From Epithemia pelagica (Eukaryota > Protista > Bacillariophyta), in NCBI GenBank assembly GCA_946965045.2, contig OX337229.1, positions 3,782,001 through 3,846,000 of the forward strand: a DNA stretch of 64,000 nucleotides, in the 5' to 3' direction. Shown in pieces: positions 1 through 11,375 of the stretch (within the stretch, counting starts at the first letter, position 1; each line of letters begins with the position of its first letter). The position numbers and the translations under genes were made by a program. The notes below the pieces were generated by a model, which had not been told where the DNA came from, made no database searches, and saw only the letters and a list, made by a program, of their open reading frames with translations.

Positions 1-373
1 TCTTCGCGACGGGAGACGGGATATCTTGTCCTGTGTTGTTGTGGTAGGAGTACTTTTTATTTTTGTTATGCGTTCTCCGTGGTCGCCATTGTGGAGGATA
101 AACGCTTCCGCGACCGCAATAGATTTTGTGGGGTCATCCTACCTCCTAGCGGAAGCGTGAGTCGTGCTCGTGAATGAGAGTGGTTTAACTACACAGCATG
201 AATCACGATCAACCTGGACTCATGCTTCCGCTAGGGGGTAAGGTCGTCCCTGTAGGATATTATTTTGTAGACGACCAGACCAATCGAATCGGAACTTTTT
301 GGATTCTTCTTCGGCATTTCTTTTGGATCCATTTTCGTGGTCTGTTGCTCAGGAAGTCGCTGGAGTAACAAGG

Positions 374-1950
374 ATGCCGAAATACAATCATCACACAATG
401 TTTATTTTCCTTCTAGTACTCCTGACCGTGGAAGTGGTGTTGTCATCTCATAGAGACAGCGTCGTGTTGTCCGCATCCGAGTTCCATCCATCAAAGTTGA
501 CACATGTACCTACCCGGAAGCACCGAGTGGTCGGCGAGATTCCCTCACGAGATCTAAATGTACGAGGTGGAAACAAGGAATCCGATAAAACCCAGAAGAA
601 TGAGGCTGCTACCAGTACAGAAGGAAGCACCTCAATGACGGCATCTGTTTTCAACTTGGTAAACAACGTGGCAGGAGCGGGGATACTGGCTCTATCGGCG
701 GCGCAGGCAGCCGGAACTGGGTGGATTCCCTCAATAGCTATTTGTTCAGCTCTTGGAGCAATCTCTGCGAGAACCTTTGTCATGGTTGGAGAGTCATGCG
801 ATATGCTAAACGAGAGAGATTTCAAGGTAACTTGGACAGCATCTCGGAGTATTGACTCTGTTCACGACAAGTTCTCATACTTCTATTCTGTTGTTCACGT
901 TAGGGTTTATGGATGAGGACCGTGTCCAAGGAATCAGCATTCTTTGTTGATGCTATTGTAGCAATGCTGTGCTTGGCAGTCAGCATCATCTATTCAGGAA
1001 TCTTAGGGGATGTTTCCACGTTCTTGTTGGCGCAGACTGGCCTTCCTGAACGGTTCAACACTCGCAATTCGAATATTCTTATCACAACGATCTCTCTTCT
1101 CCTTCCAATGGGTGTCATTAAGGACCTCTCCGTTCTTGCGTTCACGTCTATTTTGGGATTTTGCGCTGTGATGTACACAGTTTTGCTAATTGTCGGCAGA
1201 GCTATTGATGGGACGTACAAAACCGGTACGGGTATGTTTGTCAAGGATGGAGTACTACTTCAAGCGATGCCTTCTTTTGAAAACCAGTCGCTATGGAACA
1301 TAGACTTTGCAAGCCTTGTGCTGACCTCGACTTTAGGACTTGCCTACATCTCCCACTATAATGCTCCCATCTTCTATCGGCAACTTGAAAATGCTTCGCC
1401 TCGCCGATTTGGTAAGCTGGTCTACTCCTCTTTCACTTTCCTCACATTTCTTTACGTTGTTACAATGGGCGCTGGATATAGTACATTTGGAGATAACTGT
1501 ATGGGCAACATCCTGCTGAACTATCATCCCAAGGACTTACTTGCCACTTTCGGACGAGTGGCGACTTGGTTCTCAATTCTTTTTGGTTTTCCTCTGGTCT
1601 CGGGAGGTGCCAGAGAGGGGCTGATTGGAGCTGCCACAAGCCTTGGTTACCCGCAGATTGGAGATGATCGATACAATTTTCCACTTGTTGTTGGCATTCT
1701 GACGTTTGTTTCAGTAATCGCATGTGCAGTGAAGGACGTGTCGTTTGTGGTTGGACTCGCTGGAGCATTGTTCGGATCCTTCATTGTGTACATTTGTCCA
1801 ACCATTATCTATGTGAAGACGGTTGAGTTGACGAGAGGCAATGCTTCAAAAGAGTACAAAAATGCGCGATGGAACTACGCTTTGGTTCCGTTTGGTATTT
1901 TTATCGGTGCATTAGGTGTTTACATGACAGTAAAAGAAGCATCTACTTAG
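374..1950 (+). CDS. Amino acid transporter (AAAP/Aa_trans family), 2 exons (374-826, 904-1950)
   Basis: Motifs SVFNLVNNVAGAGILAL, LAYISHYNAPIFY and FSILFGFPL, with many TM segments. A GT..AG intron at 827-903 joins the two ORFs in frame (DFK|GLWMRTV). Confidence 0.9.
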
Positions 1951-2292
1951 TAAAGAGATGGCTAAGGGCACAATGAAGGCGCCAGTTGTATTAGCGCCCG
2001 GAGATGCCAAGTCTCGCGTGTTCAAAACACAATCGACCTGCTCAAAGGGAGGTACACAAACGTCCTATTCGGAAGAGGAGAGGAAACGCTACTACTCTAA
2101 AATCATCTTACATATTGGTTACCAGTTACAACACGGAAGACTACGAGTATAGATGATCAAAGGTGCTATTAAAGTCATTGGATTAAAAACGCCGTCCACA
2201 GAATCCGATCTATCAATTCTAAAGTGCTCCCATCGGATAAGACATTTTTCTTCTGACTATCATGACACTAAGAAAGGTACTATTTCCCCGGC

Positions 2293-2871
2293 TTACGCGC
2301 TCAACGCTTCGGCCCGAGTCGTGTCGTTCTTCAAGAGGATCAACGTATCTATCATGCGTTTCACGTCACCCTTTTCACCACCATCGTGAGAAAGCTCAAT
2401 CAACTTGCAGACTCGCTGCCAGCTGTTATCATTCTCGAGGTCAGCCTCAATTGCTTCCAATTTGGCTTGTTCGTCTTCACGATTCTTCGTCATCTTGGCT
2501 TGACGTTTCTTTTCGCGCTCCTCTTGGAACTTCTCCATATCAACGCGTGCTTTCTCCACGAGCTCGGCTTTGGCGGCATTCTCCTCGTCTTTGCGTTGCT
2601 TGAGTATTTCTTGCCACTCTTCATTCCATTTTTGCATAGGAGAGGGCCCTTGGGGTTCACTGGGCTCAACCGGAACAGCTTCCCCTTCCATACCAAGGAC
2701 AATTGGCGCATCTGCATCCTCGGTTGGCGCAGGAGCTTCACTCACTTCGCCAAGATATTGAGGATCTTCGATCGCAGGCTCCGCTGGCGGTGGAGCAGCA
2801 AAGTCAGGTGGAGATTCACCTAGGATAATGGGAGCTGTATCTCCTTCATTGACTTCAACGAATTCCGACAT
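2293..2871 (-). CDS. CLC: Clathrin light chain
   Basis: Acidic N-terminus, then PMQKWNEEWQEILKQRK...coiled coil...ENDNSWQRVCKLIE, matching the clathrin light chain pattern. Confidence 0.85.
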   Translation of the reverse strand: MSEFVEVNEGDTAPIILGESPPDFAAPPPAEPAIEDPQYLGEVSEAPAPTEDADAPIVLGMEGEAVPVEPSEPQGPSPMQKWNEEWQEILKQRKDEENAAKAELVEKARVDMEKFQEEREKKRQAKMTKNREDEQAKLEAIEADLENDNSWQRVCKLIELSHDGGEKGDVKRMIDTLILLKNDTTRAEALSA

Positions 2872-3173
2872 TGTTCAAGGCTTGGGGTTTGGTGTCTAAA
2901 ATGAACCCGTCTTTGTTTTTTTTTTTCTCAACGGTCTTCGGTGTTGGTCGTTGGTGGGATCTTACCCAGCTCCTCCAAAGCCGAATCACGGATTATATTA
3001 TACGTGACTCATCCTTTCGAGTGCACGCTGCACGAGCCAGCGAATCCCTGGCGAATGTACACAGACAAGGGATACACTGTGTAAAGTGAAAATCATCGTA
3101 GCGATAGGTATTGTGACGCAGTTGACAGCCATTTGGACCATAGTAAAACGAGAGCGGAAAAGCAGCGATCACC

Positions 3174-3706
3174 ATGGTGAGTTTCATTTTTACGTCTGAC
3201 TTCTGCCACACTTATTGCATAGTAGCGTTGATTGAATGAAGTATCGGTGGTGTTGCTCTATTTCTAACATATCGTGTCGCCAGTCATTTTGCTTGAAAGC
3301 CTCCCGATTTGCGTCTCGCGCCAGATCGCAGACGTTTGCCGTCCCTCGCCGCAGTGCCATGACGGTTCCAAAATTGGGTACCGAAGCAGAAATGAAAGCC
3401 GAAGCGATCGCTCAGCTTCGTGCCCGTATTGAGTACCAGAAAGAGCTTATCAAAGCAAAAGGGCATAATCACGAAGAAGAAGTCAATGAAATGTGGCGCT
3501 GGATTAATCTCACTTTTTATGTGGGAGTTCCGGTTTGTATCGCATCTTCGCTTTATTCCTACTTGTTTGACGAACATCCTCACCGCGTTGAAGGCGATCT
3601 TCCGGAATATATGAAAATTCGCAACAAGGAATTCCCTTGGGAATGTAGTGATTGCGATTACCTTGACAAGAAGTGCTGGAATGAATGTCGTGCAGAGAAG
3701 AATTAA
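3174..3706 (+). CDS. COX6A: Cytochrome c oxidase subunit 6a; ATG-only first exon (3174-3176), intron 3177-3283
   Basis: MWRWINL-TM-EHPH...PEYMKIRNKEFPW is the COX6A signature. ATG|GTGAGT donor, CTAAC branch site and CAG acceptor give the Arg-rich mitochondrial presequence MSFCLKASRFASRAR. Confidence 0.9.
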
Positions 3707-3823
3707 TTCGTTAACTCGCGTCGAAGCATCAGAATGTTCAAACGAGAAATGGTAGTTATCGCGTAAATATCTATTCTAACAAACTCTTTGTTTCAGAAAA
3801 TCAATTCCCATTATAGGTTATTC

Positions 3824-5386
3824 TTAGTTATCTGGCGATTGAGGAAGCAATTCGCGTCTTCCAATCGAGAGATGAAAGTACAAGGTAAGAAAGTATTTCT
3901 TATGGAAGCACCACCGAGAGACAAATACGTACCTGTAGACAGTCATCCAGTTCTCTAAACCATTCCAAAATGACGCAAATGTCACACTATCAAGCCCGCG
4001 TTTATCGCGATTCAGCTTAGCTTGTTTGACTGACCACGTAGCGACATCTTTTGGCGCCCGATCTCCCTCCATACTGATAAAAAAGCCAAACGACCTCGCA
4101 AAAAGTTGGACAGGGTTGGAATAAGGGCCAAGCCAGTCCTTGAACTGCCAGGCCTGTCCGAGAACGATGACAGCCACGATTCTATCCCATTCCTTAGGGT
4201 CAGCACCAAGTTTCTTTGGATTGTCCAATATTTCATACTCAACGGGTCCATTAATGGTTGGGGAGCGGATCGTTCGAGTGAAGGTAATTTTGGCTGACCT
4301 TGCTGCGGCTTGTCCGGTTTTGATCGCGATATCTCGTGGGATGAAGCGGCCATTGCAAAAGAATTCATGGGCGTTCGCTAAAGTTATTGGGGCTGTCATA
4401 CCCTTTGGAACGACAATAACAGGCTTTTTCCCAATCAGATATGGCCTCTGGTGCGTGGGTTTCCCTGTTGCTGCCGTGCCCCGAGATCCTTTCATTCTTG
4501 ATGTCTTTGATGGCGGGTTGATAGTCTCATTGAAGATTTGCAGTACACGTGAAAGATCTTTGCGTGGGTTCGATGCTCGAAGAATAGATGCAGAATTTCC
4601 CACAGGTATTTCATTTTTGAAAATAAGACTTGCCGCTTTCTTATGTTGTTCAAGGAGTTCAGCAGAGACTTCAAATCCGTCTGCCGACAATGCTTTGGTA
4701 ATTTCAATACGAGTGGCGTCAAGATCCTGTGTTCTCTTCTCAACCACAACGTTTAAATTGGAAAACAGTTCCTCATTAGTCACTTCCTTAGGCTTCTTTT
4801 TCGGCGTTTTACTGTCTCGATGTTTGTGGCTTTCTTTACGTTTCTTGCTTCCATCTTTATCTTTGTGAGATCGTGATGACTTAAGGTGACGGTCGGTGCG
4901 GTGACGGTCATGTTTGGATGGCATCGAGATCGGCTTCTCTTTTCTTGACTTGTCTTCTTCCGTGGCTGTTTCAGCTGTGGATGCAGCGGTCGTCATGGCT
5001 ACTATGCCTGTCTCATCCTCGTCGACCACATTCCGAGGAGCTGTGCCAGAGGTTTCTGCTGTTGTCGACGTATCCGTTTTTGTACCATAGAAGAATCCCA
5101 CCACAGCAGACTTGTCCAAAGCTTTTACCGGGTCGTCTACTTTGTGTTGCTTACAAGCATTTCGGTACGCCACGAGACCTTGATTTGGATCAAGGATCTG
5201 TAGATACACAGAGGCGAGGGAGTACTGGTAAGATTTTCCATCATCGCCTGAAATCGTCAACTGCTGATACTTCAGCGTCGTTTCTCCAAGAACTAGGCCC
5301 TCCGGTGATAGCTTTGCTTCTTGAAGTTTGCCCTTATCACTCCACTTTTTAAGTGTTGACAGGATGGTGGCGGTCTCCGATTCCAT
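3824..5386 (-). CDS. CDC73: Parafibromin / Paf1 complex subunit Cdc73; 75-nt intron 3858-3932
   Basis: C-terminal PVIVVP...NAHEFF and EWDRIVAVIVLGQAWQFKDW motifs. A GTACGT..AG intron lies near the 3' end. Confidence 0.9.
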   Translation of the reverse strand: MESETATILSTLKKWSDKGKLQEAKLSPEGLVLGETTLKYQQLTISGDDGKSYQYSLASVYLQILDPNQGLVAYRNACKQHKVDDPVKALDKSAVVGFFYGTKTDTSTTAETSGTAPRNVVDEDETGIVAMTTAASTAETATEEDKSRKEKPISMPSKHDRHRTDRHLKSSRSHKDKDGSKKRKESHKHRDSKTPKKKPKEVTNEELFSNLNVVVEKRTQDLDATRIEITKALSADGFEVSAELLEQHKKAASLIFKNEIPVGNSASILRASNPRKDLSRVLQIFNETINPPSKTSRMKGSRGTAATGKPTHQRPYLIGKKPVIVVPKGMTAPITLANAHEFFCNGRFIPRDIAIKTGQAAARSAKITFTRTIRSPTINGPVEYEILDNPKKLGADPKEWDRIVAVIVLGQAWQFKDWLGPYSNPVQLFARSFGFFISMEGDRAPKDVATWSVKQAKLNRDKRGLDSVTFASFWNGLENWMTVYRYVFVSRWCFHKKYFLTLYFHLSIGRRELLPQSPDN

Positions 5387-5803
5387 CTTGGACACTTATC
5401 TATTTTTTGATGAAAGTGAGAGCGTGAGAGACGTCTCTCTTTGTGTTGGAAGCCGTTATAGTTTCGGGGGCCACCACCCCCAATCCAGTCGTGACCTTTC
5501 CATTCATTCTCTCAAGGTTAGCTCTCCAAAACAAACAAAAACCAAAAACCAAGTAAATCATATGAGTTTGGAGTTTGTATCTTCGAAGGCGATGGCTTAT
5601 CGGGACCTGGAACATGCTAGGTGATAATCTCTTGATGAATCACACAGTTCATCAAAGCAACTTGACGGGCGTATCGCTTGTGCGCGAAAACTCGAGGCTG
5701 GTAGCAAAATTGCTGATAGCTACGTCGTCCACGATAATTTCTGGTTCGTTTAAGGTAGTGTTAAGATGGCCTCACTTCTCACAGGGCTCAGTGTGAATGA
5801 TCT

Positions 5804-7561
5804 TCAAAGAAAAGTGTGGTACGCTGGATTATTAGTTTCTTCAACATAGCGATATCCTAGATTGTCCAGAAACGCTTGTAGGGCCGTTTGGGAAGTATCT
5901 GGAACTTGGATGCCGACAAGAACTCGTCCAAAGTTATCCCCATGATTACGATAATGAAACAGACTGATATTCAATTCCATATCCAGGCTTGATAGAAATC
6001 GTTGTAAAGCTCCTGGAGACTCTGGGAACTCAAATCTGAACAATCGCTCGTTAGTCACGCTGGAGCGACCACCTGCGAGATGTCTTACATGTACCTTTGC
6101 TAGCTCGTTGTGCGTTAGATCCAAGCATGAAAATCCATTCTCCTTCAACGAGCCCATAACTGCCTCAAAATCGTTCTCAATACTGACAACCGGTTGAAAA
6201 GATAGAAGGATATGTGCTTCTCCTTCGCTTTCAAAACGATACGAGAACTCCGTGACATTTCTTGGCCAGACAAGACTGTACAATGCCCGGAATGTCCCTG
6301 GAGTCTCGGGAATAGTACAAGCCACGGTTCGTTCAGATCCGTCTGCACGTTCGGAGACAAAGCGAAGTCGATCAAAGTCCATGTTGGCTCCAGATGTAAC
6401 CGCAACGAGCGTTTGACCTGATATCTGGTTTTCTGTAACATATTTCTTCATTCCGGCAACTCCCAACGCTCCAGCAGGTTCAAGAACAACTCGAGCATCA
6501 TTGTAGGTCATTTTTATAGCGTTGCAGATCTCATCCGTGTTCACAGTTATCATGTCGTCCACGAGTGTATTGCAGACACGAAAAGTTTCATCACCCACAG
6601 TTCTGACAGCTGCCCCATCAGCAAAAAGTCCAACATGGTCGAGGGTCACAACTTTTCCTTCCCTCAATGATGCCGTCATTCCTGCCGCGTCGTCCGCCTC
6701 AACCCCAATGACTTTCACAGTAGGACGAACACGCTTCACATATGCAGCAACACCGGCAAGCAGCCCCCCTCCCCCACAACAAAGGAAGATAACATCCAAG
6801 GGCTTGCTCACGCACTTTTTCAAAATTTCCATTCCCACTGTTCCCTGGCCAGCTATCGTCAGCGGGTCGTTGAAGGGATGGACAAAAGTCATCTTCTCTT
6901 CCATCTGAAGCCGCTTCGCCTCAGCAGCCGCTTCATCATAGTTGTTACCAAAGAGCCTTACTTCGACAGTTGGCCCACCATGAACACGAACCGAAGACAC
7001 CTTGATTGAGGGAGTCGCAAGTGGCATCACAATGACTGCTCGACACTTAAGCATCCTTGCCGACATCGCAACTCCCTGAGCGTGATTCCCGGCGCTACAA
7101 GCAACGACACCCGATGACAACTCTTCAGGAGACAGATGAGCCATCTTGTTATAAGCTCCTCTTATCTTGAAGGAGAAAATTGGTTGCGTGTCTTCTCTTT
7201 TAAGGAAGACGGAATTCTTCAAATGGCCACTAAGGTTGGGAGCATACTGAAGATCAGTTTCGATCGCTGCATCGTACACACGTGCGTTAAGTATCCGGCT
7301 CAAGTACCCGACAACATGCTCTTTTGCATTAAGAAGAACAGGTTTCTCTCCTGTTTGGAAGCTGATGTATTCTTCTTTCGAAGCCAGCGGTTTGGTCGTC
7401 GAATTCGTACTGTCAACCTCCGCGTGAGTTGACGAAGGGTTTGTAGATTGAAAACGACGCCAGAACCTGCAGAAACTGGGCCACAATGGACGATGACGAA
7501 GACAATGACGGCCCATTTGGCGAGCAAAACAGGCACTGAATGAACTTGTATTCATGACCAT
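5804..7561 (-). CDS. ilvA: Biosynthetic threonine dehydratase with ACT-like regulatory domains
   Basis: FLKREDTQPIFSFKIRGA (PLP lysine), SAGNHAQG, EPAGALG and C-terminal FEFPESPGAL/LFHYRN. Probable start is ATG 7561 or 7555. Confidence 0.95.
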   Translation of the reverse strand: MVMNTSSFSACFARQMGRHCLRHRPLWPSFCRFWRRFQSTNPSSTHAEVDSTNSTTKPLASKEEYISFQTGEKPVLLNAKEHVVGYLSRILNARVYDAAIETDLQYAPNLSGHLKNSVFLKREDTQPIFSFKIRGAYNKMAHLSPEELSSGVVACSAGNHAQGVAMSARMLKCRAVIVMPLATPSIKVSSVRVHGGPTVEVRLFGNNYDEAAAEAKRLQMEEKMTFVHPFNDPLTIAGQGTVGMEILKKCVSKPLDVIFLCCGGGGLLAGVAAYVKRVRPTVKVIGVEADDAAGMTASLREGKVVTLDHVGLFADGAAVRTVGDETFRVCNTLVDDMITVNTDEICNAIKMTYNDARVVLEPAGALGVAGMKKYVTENQISGQTLVAVTSGANMDFDRLRFVSERADGSERTVACTIPETPGTFRALYSLVWPRNVTEFSYRFESEGEAHILLSFQPVVSIENDFEAVMGSLKENGFSCLDLTHNELAKVHVRHLAGGRSSVTNERLFRFEFPESPGALQRFLSSLDMELNISLFHYRNHGDNFGRVLVGIQVPDTSQTALQAFLDNLGYRYVEETNNPAYHTFL

Positions 7562-7650
7562 GATGGAGATGTGAGGGCGCACATCGAGAAATCGAAGCGC
7601 GATTGGTGGTTGTGCTTGGTGCGTGTCTGTGGTCTGTGATGGTGATGTCT

Positions 7651-10214
7651 GGAACACGCGAAACTATGTCGGCTATGACCTCACGCGCCCTATGCTAGCA
7701 GACAAGGCAGCATTTTAGCTTAGTACTAGCTAAACAGCTCTAGTCCTTGTCGTTTTGGCGATTGTCTCTTGTTCAAAAGACCGGGGCAATAAAAACGGTG
7801 CACCCGGTATTAAGCCTCATGACACACACAAGATGAAATTGTTGTCTTGTAATGTCCTACTTATCACTCATTAGCTAAGCCCGACGAGAAATGTTGTGTA
7901 CACTACATAACTTCTCAGTCTTGTGACTTGTGAGCTATCGGTAAATAAGCTCAACGGCAAGGACTACGTGTAGCTGCTCGCCACAATAGGCTATAATATT
8001 CTTGAACAGCCCAACCCTCGGTATCAGTGTCCACTGCTTAGCTGTTTTTTGTCTGTGCCACCTTTACAGGCTCCCAAGTGGACACAGACAGCATTTTTTG
8101 TTTTTCGTCTGTCTGTCTAACCATTAAAATTCCTCAGGGTTGAAGCAAGGCCAGCGTGCAAGTGACAGTTGACGGGTGGTTGTCCTCGCCGGGTCACCAC
8201 GATTCAAATTTGGGCATCCATCATCATCTCGACACCTGTCACAAAAACCCAAAACCGAGCCAAATGCTTGACCATGACGGGGGTGAGGTGAGAACAATGG
8301 ATGGATCATGCTGGACTGAACCGTTTCTGTCTATTGCTGCTTATTACTTATCTTGTTGTCTCTTTTCCCTTTTTCTCACGCATCACTGCTGCAGCTGTCT
8401 TTCCTATTGTTCTTGCATGATCCTTTACTTTGTCTCATTTTGTACGAGTAGATGACAAGCCGCCAGATGTCAACTGGAATATCTTTTCCTTGTCGTAATC
8501 GTTTGTTGTTTGATTGTTTTTTGGCTACTGTCATATGCTCTATAGGATAGATTATTCTCTCTCGTCTCTCATCATAGCGTCATTCTCAATCATTTCTCAA
8601 CGCTGTTGTTTTTGCATCAAATAGATGGGAAGCCATCTTGCCACACCCTACTGACCAATTATCATATCCTACCTAGGTAGTCGACACAGAGTGCTCAAAG
8701 TGAGCGGTACAAGCTTGTGAGAGCTGTTCTGTTGTGTTTTCATAGCGAAACTGAGAGTCATCGTCGTGCTCACAACAAAGAACAAAGCTGCAACGAATTC
8801 ACGAATTCAGAAGGCTCAAAAGTCTCATGGATGACAAGCACTGGCGTTCTACTACTAGTAAATAAACAAAAGAAGGTCTAGAGTATAGAGTATGTATTTT
8901 AATGCAATCAAAGTTATGGCGCTCAGCAAAAACCAGTCATTTCTGTTCAACAAGAATGAACAATGGCAAGTAATGAGCTGCCCAGCGACTAAACAGATGA
9001 GTAGCGTCTCCCACGAGCAGAGCAAACAAAAGTGGCAAGTGGCAGTGAGCATGAGTGATGTCATTGACAACATGGCAATTGGCAATGGATCAAGCTCACC
9101 TGGAAAGCCAGTAACATTCGTAAGTAGTAAGTACGATGTGCTTTGGCAAAAGAAAAGAGAATGTGAGCTTGCCCCGAATTATGCAACAACCAACCGTCAT
9201 CCACGCAGGGGACGCTTGTTGGGCTTGCGTCCGTTTCAAACGTCGAAAAATTCAGCTGGGCATGCGTGCTAATTTGCAATTTGATAATTTCTATTTGCAT
9301 CAAAAGCGAAAAATTCTGTCTGTGTCCACCTGGGAACCTGTGAAGGTGGCACAGACAAAAAACAGCTAAGCAGTGGACACTGATACCGAGGGTTATTTGG
9401 TCTATTTAACAGTACATCCAGTACCTCTCTAGTACAACATTAATGCAGAAGTACGAGTCGTGCTTCTATTTTGTCACGGTGCTCCCACGGGATGGTTCTC
9501 GCAAACCTCACAAAATGAAGCGGACAAGACGACAAGCGGACAAGATGAAGCGGACAAGACGACAAGCGGACAAGCGGACAAGAAGACAAGACGACAAGCC
9601 GACAAGACGACAAGCGGACAAGACGACAAGCGGACAAAACGACAAGCGGACAAAACGACAAGCGGACAAAACGACAAGACGACAAGCTTGTCGTCTTGTC
9701 CGCTTCATTTTGTGAGGTTTGCGAGAACCATCCCGTGGGAGCACCGTGACAAAATAGAAGCACGACTCGTACTTCTGCAGTAATGTTGTACTAGAGAGGT
9801 ACTGGATGTACTGTTAAATAGACCAAATAATGGGAATTGGGCTGTTCAAGAATATTATAGCCTATTGTGGCGAGCAGCTTCACGTACGAGTAGTCCTTGC
9901 CGTTGAGCTTATTTACCGATTACCGATGGCTCACAAGTCACAAGACTGAGAAGTTATGTAGTGTACACAACATTTCTCGTCGGGCTTAGCTAATGAGTGA
10001 TAAGTAGGACATTACAAGACAACAATTTCATCTTGTGTGTGTCATGAGGCTTAATACCGGGTGCACCGTTTTTATTGCCCCGGTCTTTTGAACAAGAGAC
10101 AATCGCCAAAACGACAAGGACTAGAGCTGTTTAGCTAGTACTAAGCTAAAATGCTGCCCTTGTCTGCTAGCATAGGGCGCGTGAGGTCATAGCCGACATA
10201 GTTTCGCGTGTTCC
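7651..10214. mobile_element. Non-autonomous long-TIR (MULE/Foldback-like) element, ~2.56 kb, with ~450-bp inverted arms
   Basis: 7651-8014 is the reverse complement of 9837-10214, and ~8015-8100 of ~9310-9392. Termini are GGAACACGCG...CGCGTGTTCC. There is no transposase inside and no clean TSD. Confidence 0.75.
9393..9830. mobile_element. Foldback/MITE-like hairpin insertion: 145-bp arms around an 8-bp-unit tandem array
   Basis: 9393-9537 and 9686-9830 are inverted with one mismatch seen. The spacer is built of GACAAGCG/GACAAGAC/GACAAAAC units. It interrupts the right arm of the larger element. Confidence 0.8.
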
Positions 10215-10225
10215 TGGTGGGTGTA

Positions 10226-10819
10226 AGGGCTGGGTAAGCCGATCCATGTTCGGCTAAGTAGGTTCAGTACAAAAGCTACGTAGCGTACATAAAATCCGAT
10301 AGTACACGTCATACCTGAAATGGTGGGAAGTCCGAAAAAATTCAAAAACACTCCACGATGACGGCGAGATCCGTTGATGCCGCATGCATTTACCGATGCA
10401 TCGCATCAACATCCTACTACTGTAAGTTGTTTGAGTTTGCTAGTATTACTGTGTTCTGCAGCTACAGAAGATTTGTCGCGTTGGATCAAAAGGTATACTG
10501 GTGATGTAATCCAAAAACCTTCCTAATTCATTCATTTCTCAACGGTGACTGAATCAAATTGAAACCATAGTTGCTCTAGTATTCAAGAGTATTATTCTAA
10601 AAGTGATTCAGTTAGGCTCAATTATCCATGAAGTTATTGCCATGGGGGTGATTTCTTCGACCATTGTCGAGTGATGGTTTCCGGATTGCATTGTTTCTCG
10701 TGGCAGCAAGTTTTCGATTTGTGACCATTCGTCCCACTTTTTACAGTGATGAAAATAGTACTACGTAGCTTAATGTACTGAGCCTACTTAGCCGAACATG
10801 GATCGGCTTACCCAGCCCT
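10226..10819. mobile_element. MITE, 594 bp, ~60-bp TIRs, TA target duplication (Tc1/mariner-type)
   Basis: TA|AGGGCTGGGTAAGCCGATCCATGTTCGGCTAAGTAGG ... CCTACTTAGCCGAACATGGATCGGCTTACCCAGCCCT|TA, with a non-coding interior. Confidence 0.8.
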
Positions 10820-11375
10820 TACTTCACAGCACACCGCGCCCTCCCAAAGCTAAAAGTAATGAGTACTCCTACGTACTTAGCATACATAGCTTCTCGTTCC
10901 CCTTAACCATGGGATTCCCAAGTGAAAACAAAGCCAATTGAAGGTATCACTACTCCTATATTATCAGAGGATCAGAGGACAAAGTTTCTTTGGGAAGACG
11001 CTCAAGGTATTATCCAAGCTTCTCACGGGCGTCTTCTGTCAGCCGTACAAGAACTTTAGAGCTAATGAAGCTTCGAAAGCTCTGGATGCGCTTCAAGACA
11101 AACGTGCCAAAGTATCACTAGAGATGGGATCGACAAAGCTATAACCGAGCGCCATTGTACAAGAATTCTCATGTCGACAACTGTGTCTCCACGACTACCA
11201 CGTTTGTTTGCTTACTAACTCCGTAATAATGATTTATCAACTTACTCCTAGTAGTATATGTTCTCGGTGTTGATATCTAGCCAATGAGCATGGATTCTCT
11301 TGAATTTTAGAGTCGGAAATCGATCCTCGTTCATTCTCCCGTTACCGGATCTTGTCCACTCATTCGCAAAGTGCC

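Noticed and set aside
1958-2603. Short plus-strand ORFs after the transporter
   Set aside because: They have no motifs and lie in convergent 3' regions or antisense to clathrin light chain.
8892-9272. 126-aa ORF inside the long-TIR element as a transposase or captured gene
   Set aside because: It has no transposase or other recognisable motif. A captured fragment cannot be supported without a search.
9440-9783. Several ORFs on both strands with repeated peptides
   Set aside because: They are translations of the 8-bp tandem array and hairpin arms.
10938-11144. Helical-looking peptide fragments as a pseudogene
   Set aside because: They are short, split across frames and show no recognisable homology.
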